Made by a program: the position numbers and the translations under genes. The notes beneath the pieces were generated by a model that was not told the DNA's origin, searched no databases, and was given only the letters and a program-made list of their open reading frames with translations. This document shows, one piece after another, positions 52,433 through 55,976 of a stretch of DNA of 55,976 nt. This DNA is from Candidatus Cerribacteria bacterium 'Amazon FNV 2010 28 9' (GTDB lineage Bacteria; Patescibacteriota; Microgenomatia; UBA1400; UBA12028). The number at the start of each line of letters is the position of its first letter. Within the stretch, counting starts at the first letter, position 1. The stretch lies in assembly GCA_003176165.1 (NCBI GenBank), contig PSRQ01000023.1, positions 1 through 55,976 of the forward strand, read 5' to 3'.

Positions 52433-53479
52433 ATGGATACAACCCCATCTGCCCAACCTGAAATTTCTCCTGAAATTCAATCTCCAGTTCTCGAACCACA
52501 TCCTTCAAATCGAGTTCCTGTTGTGATTGGGGGACTTATCGCAGCAATTGCCTTGGGTGCTGTTGCATTTTTCGCGTATCAAAATATGCAGCTGAAAAAA
52601 CAGTTGGCGCAGGTTACTTCAACGTCGATGCCAGCTTCAACCTCTACTCCGACTCCAACCGTTGATCCGACAGCGAATTGGAAGACATACACAAATAGTG
52701 ACATCAATTTTTCGATAAAAGTCCCTCCAGAATTAACAGCAAAAATGAGTTCGAAAGTAAAAGAATTGGATCTTCTCAATAACCAAGGTCATTATGTCAT
52801 TTCTCTTAGTCAGTTTTCAGATGCTGTGCAGGAGAATTATGATCTCAATTGCTCACATCTACAAAAACCTGATAGTTCTCAAAACATGAATCTAACTACG
52901 CCAACGAGTACGATGGCTCCGTTTGTTGGAGAGGTGGTTGGTTACAAGCGATCCCCGACTCAAGCATGTTGGATGGTTGGAAGCCAATTTTATTTTGACG
53001 TGCGCAACAGTGATTCATCAAATGGGGGTCAACCAACAGTTTCTGACCAAGAATTTGACCAAATTCTTTCGACTCTCCAATTTATAAATTCCCAAGTAGA
53101 TACTTCGAATTGGAAGACATATGTAGATACCAATAATACGCTTTCCCTACAGTATCCTCCCACCTGGACAGCGTATCCTAATACGGGGAACTTACTTTTT
53201 TCCGATCGAGGAAAAATGTACACAATGAATATTAATAGCGGTGGAGGAGATGGCCCTGCCGCTGATAGTTTAGTAGACGAAACAGTTGTATATGGAGGGA
53301 AAACCTTTACTCTTCGAAAATGGATAAAAAATGGTTCTCCTTTTTTTATGTCTCTTATAAATGAAGAACCATCGGGAGTTCCTTTTAACAGTATTACGAT
53401 AAGTGTCCCTCAAGATAATGTGAAAAGCACTATAGATATATTTACAACAATCCTTTCGACACTTCGCTTTACTAGGTAA
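52433..53479 (+). CDS. Membrane-anchored extracytoplasmic protein with an internally duplicated domain
   Basis: TM VVIGGLIAAIALGAVAFFAY and an S/T/P linker. The motifs ANWKTYTNSDINFSIKVPPE and SNWKTYVDTNNTLSLQYPPTW mark two repeats. Confidence 0.65.
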   Translation: MDTTPSAQPEISPEIQSPVLEPHPSNRVPVVIGGLIAAIALGAVAFFAYQNMQLKKQLAQVTSTSMPASTSTPTPTVDPTANWKTYTNSDINFSIKVPPELTAKMSSKVKELDLLNNQGHYVISLSQFSDAVQENYDLNCSHLQKPDSSQNMNLTTPTSTMAPFVGEVVGYKRSPTQACWMVGSQFYFDVRNSDSSNGGQPTVSDQEFDQILSTLQFINSQVDTSNWKTYVDTNNTLSLQYPPTWTAYPNTGNLLFSDRGKMYTMNINSGGGDGPAADSLVDETVVYGGKTFTLRKWIKNGSPFFMSLINEEPSGVPFNSITISVPQDNVKSTIDIFTTILSTLRFTR

Positions 53480-53521
53480 CATTCTCTTGACCCTTCTTCC
53501 TAAACCCTTTACCCTGAATGT

Positions 53522-54427
53522 ATGAGCTTTGATGTTGTTTCGATTGGGAGTGGGGTATTGGATGTGCTGCTGCGCTCGAGTCAATTTACGATCACACCCG
53601 TGCATGAAGAGCTGATGCTCTGCGAGATGTATGGTGGCAAACAAAACGTGGAAGATGCCGTGCTTGCTTCTGGGGGGGCAGGGACAAATACTGCTGTCTC
53701 GTTTGCACGCCAGGGCTTGAAGACCGCATGTATTGTCGAACTTGGCATTGATGTGCCAGCGCAAATCATCGTGGACGATCTTATCAAAGAAAAAGTAGAT
53801 CGTTCACTGCTCGTTCATCGCGAAGGGGAGCGAACAGGGATTTCTGCAGTGCTTGTTGCCAACGATGGTTCACGTACTGCCCTCACGTTTCGGGGGGCCG
53901 CACATCATTTGACCAAAGAAAATATTCCCTTTGACACACTCAAAGGAGTGAAGGCGATTCATCTGTCTTCCATTGGGAATACGCAAGTGATCCTTGCCAT
54001 CATGCAGTTTTGTAAGTTGAATACTATTTTCCTGTCTTGGAATCCATCGAAAATGGAAGCAGAGGATGTGTTTTTACGCGCACCCAATAAACAGGAGCTC
54101 TTTACCGACGTTCTCTTTGTGAATGATAGTGAATGGAAAGGTATTGCATCGCAAGAAACGCTTGTGCGCCAAGTAGCCAAGACTATCGTCATTACGAAAG
54201 GCAAAGATGGAGGACAAACTTTGTCAACCTCTGGAGATTCGAGCTACCAAGCAGAAAAACTGGAAAATGTAGTTGATGAAACTGGGGCGGGAGATGCATT
54301 TGCCGCTGGCTACACAGGCTCAATACTGCGGGGCAAATCGCATGAAGAAGCTCTGTCGTTTGCGATTGATAATGCCACTGGTGTGGTCATGCAGATGGGC
54401 GCAAAGGCAGGGTTACTTCAACTATAA
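53522..54427 (+). CDS. PfkB-family carbohydrate/nucleoside kinase
   Basis: GGAGTNTAVSFARQG and VDETGAGDAFAAGY signatures. Confidence 0.85.
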   Translation: MSFDVVSIGSGVLDVLLRSSQFTITPVHEELMLCEMYGGKQNVEDAVLASGGAGTNTAVSFARQGLKTACIVELGIDVPAQIIVDDLIKEKVDRSLLVHREGERTGISAVLVANDGSRTALTFRGAAHHLTKENIPFDTLKGVKAIHLSSIGNTQVILAIMQFCKLNTIFLSWNPSKMEAEDVFLRAPNKQELFTDVLFVNDSEWKGIASQETLVRQVAKTIVITKGKDGGQTLSTSGDSSYQAEKLENVVDETGAGDAFAAGYTGSILRGKSHEEALSFAIDNATGVVMQMGAKAGLLQL

Positions 54428-54826
54428 CTATTGTCTCAAAGGGAATATTTCTTCGTACGTTTGTTCCAAGGCATCCGTTGTGTGGGGAAGGCGATGCAGT
54501 TGGATAAGTTCATTATCAATCACGGCGATGTGCAATCGATCTTGGCGAGATGGATTGAAAAACAGACCTTTTTCATTGAGCTTGGCAAAGAGCAGGGTAT
54601 AGATACGCAGGTCTTGGATGAATGTGGTAGCGTCAAAGTAGCCGTTCTCCCCGCAGTATGAAAGAAGAATGGACGGAGGAAGGAAGCGTGTTTTTACCTC
54701 ACTTGGTCGCAACCGGCAAATTGTCCTGGCAAGACTATTCATCGATTCTTGATGGATAGGATGAAGTTCGTTTTTGTTCATGCGCTCTACTATAGCATTT
54801 TCTTGCAACTTTCTTTCAGATTTCAT
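54428..54826 (-). CDS. Hypothetical protein
   Basis: 132-aa ORF abutting the PfkB stop. No motif recognised. Start uncertain. Confidence 0.4.
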   Translation of the reverse strand: MKSERKLQENAIVERMNKNELHPIHQESMNSLARTICRLRPSEVKTRFLPPSILLSYCGENGYFDATTFIQDLRIYTLLFAKLNEKGLFFNPSRQDRLHIAVIDNELIQLHRLPHTTDALEQTYEEIFPLRQ

Positions 54827-54884
54827 TCATACTTTTCCCAGATGGTCAATTTTGATAGGATACAGTGTTGGGGTACTAAGAACT

Positions 54885-55583
54885 ATGACTAACGGAGTTT
54901 TTCAAATTGCGATCGATGGTCCGGTCGCCGCAGGGAAAGGGACAGTGAGTCGTCTGATCGCACAGCGTCTCCAGTTTCTCTATGTTGATACGGGAGCGAT
55001 GTATCGAGCTTCGGCGCTCATCGCTTTGCGCGCCAACATTCCGTTTGCAGAGGAAGCAAAGATTGTCGAAGAAGTGAAAAAGCATACGATTGGGATGCAT
55101 GCACCAACTGTTGAAGAACAAGACGGAAGATTGACGACCGTGTTGCTCGATGGCGAGGATGTGTCATGGAAGATTCGCACAGAACAAGTGAGCCAAGGAT
55201 CTTCTATCGTCGCCGCGCACAAAAACTTGCGTGCAGAACTAGTCCGCCAACAACAAGAGATTGCGAAGACGCAAAGTGTGGTCATGGAAGGACGCGATAT
55301 TACGTTTCGTGTGTTGCCTGATGCACAATTAAAAATATTTTTGACTGCCACAGATACCGAGCGGGCGCGACGAAGACATATTGAACTACTTGAAAAAGGC
55401 CAGGATGTGACGTTTGAACAGATTCATACGGATTTACTCGAGCGCGATAAGCGTGATATGGAGCGTGATGTCGATCCCTTACACATCGTCCCTGATGCGT
55501 GGGTGATTGATACGAGTACGCTTTCGATCGAACAGGTCGTGGATCTCATTGTTGAAAAGGTACATACGGTAGAAGGAAGTTAG
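54885..55583 (+). CDS. cmk: Cytidylate kinase
   Basis: IAIDGPVAAGKGTVSRLIAQRL..YVDTGAMYRA and GRDITFRV. Start trimmed to the ATG at 54885. Confidence 0.9.
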   Translation: MTNGVFQIAIDGPVAAGKGTVSRLIAQRLQFLYVDTGAMYRASALIALRANIPFAEEAKIVEEVKKHTIGMHAPTVEEQDGRLTTVLLDGEDVSWKIRTEQVSQGSSIVAAHKNLRAELVRQQQEIAKTQSVVMEGRDITFRVLPDAQLKIFLTATDTERARRRHIELLEKGQDVTFEQIHTDLLERDKRDMERDVDPLHIVPDAWVIDTSTLSIEQVVDLIVEKVHTVEGS

Positions 55584-55588
55584 TGTCT

Positions 55589-55681
55589 ACTTCCCCTCCT
55601 TTCGAAGGAGGGGGTAGGGGTGGTTGGTATTCATTAAAAGCACCAACCCCTCTTGTATTCTCCCCTTCGAAAGGGGAGAAA
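55589..55681 (-). repeat. Family-4 double-hairpin repeat, copy 2 (inverted relative to copy 1)
   Basis: The reverse complement reads tctcccctttcgaaggggagaatacaagagggg...cccctaccccctccttcgaaaggaggggaa. Confidence 0.75.
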
Positions 55682-55692
55682 GGGAGTTGTAT

Positions 55693-55887
55693 ATGCCCAA
55701 ATCAAAAAAAGACGACGAGAAGAAGAAAAAGAAACGCACTCTCAGTTCAAGCGAACACAAACCGCGCCATTCTACCGCTTCAAGGAAAGAAGAGAAGGAC
55801 AAAGACCCATTTCGTTGGGTGATTTTATTTGTCTTCTTACTGATCCTGTTTATCTCCTATGCCTTTTGGGCGGTCGGACAGAAGTAA
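55693..55887 (+). CDS. Small basic protein with a C-terminal TM
   Basis: MPKSKKDDEKKKKKRTLSS...WVILFVFLLILFISYAFWAV. Start moved downstream of the repeat. Confidence 0.45.
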   Translation: MPKSKKDDEKKKKKRTLSSSEHKPRHSTASRKEEKDKDPFRWVILFVFLLILFISYAFWAVGQK

Positions 55888-55976
55888 GAGCAATTTACAA
55901 TTTTCAATTTACGAATTTTCAAGCCATTTTGGATCACTTGCTTCAATTGGTTCACTTGTCAAAAGAAGAACGGCTT

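Noticed and set aside
1-55976. Alternative genetic code (UGA recoding, as in some CPR lineages)
   Set aside because: Long conserved genes (dnaN, virB4, RNR and the 1640-aa and 1227-aa ORFs) are uninterrupted under the standard code and end at sensible positions. No in-frame TGA needs to be read through.

Overview
The window looks like the replication-origin region of a small-genome, roughly 40-45% G+C bacterium. Gene content suggests a Patescibacteria/CPR-like lineage using the standard genetic code. It opens with dnaA (5'-truncated), a cluster of DnaA-box-like motifs, and dnaN. About 35 kb (roughly 2.4-37.4 kb) follows that is dominated by a minus-strand, Gram-positive-style type IV secretion/pilus-like island. 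Its parts are a PrgI/VirB3-like protein, a VirB4 ATPase, a VirB6/TrbL-like polytopic protein and a 1227-aa M23+CHAP wall hydrolase. It also carries a 1640-aa secreted multi-enzyme protein, two TolB-like beta-propeller membrane proteins, an ECF sigma module and nine paralogous VirB2/TrbC-like pilin genes, six of them in tandem. No relaxase, coupling protein or integrase is visible in the window. Embedded in the island are a 1144-aa orphan coiled-coil protein on the opposite strand and three tandem DUF4177-like small proteins. The rest (37-56 kb) is housekeeping: SpoIID-like protein, nrdR plus a class II RTPR-like ribonucleotide reductase, comF, tRNA-Ser(GGA), rpiB, rpe, a LOG-family protein, a PfkB kinase and cmk. 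Isopentenyl phosphate kinase and uppS sit inside the island. Intergenic regions carry at least four families of hairpin-forming, MITE/REP-like repeats with GTCATYC...GRATGAC termini, and these create several spurious ORFs in the supplied track. All functional calls rest on motifs read by eye; no database search was run.
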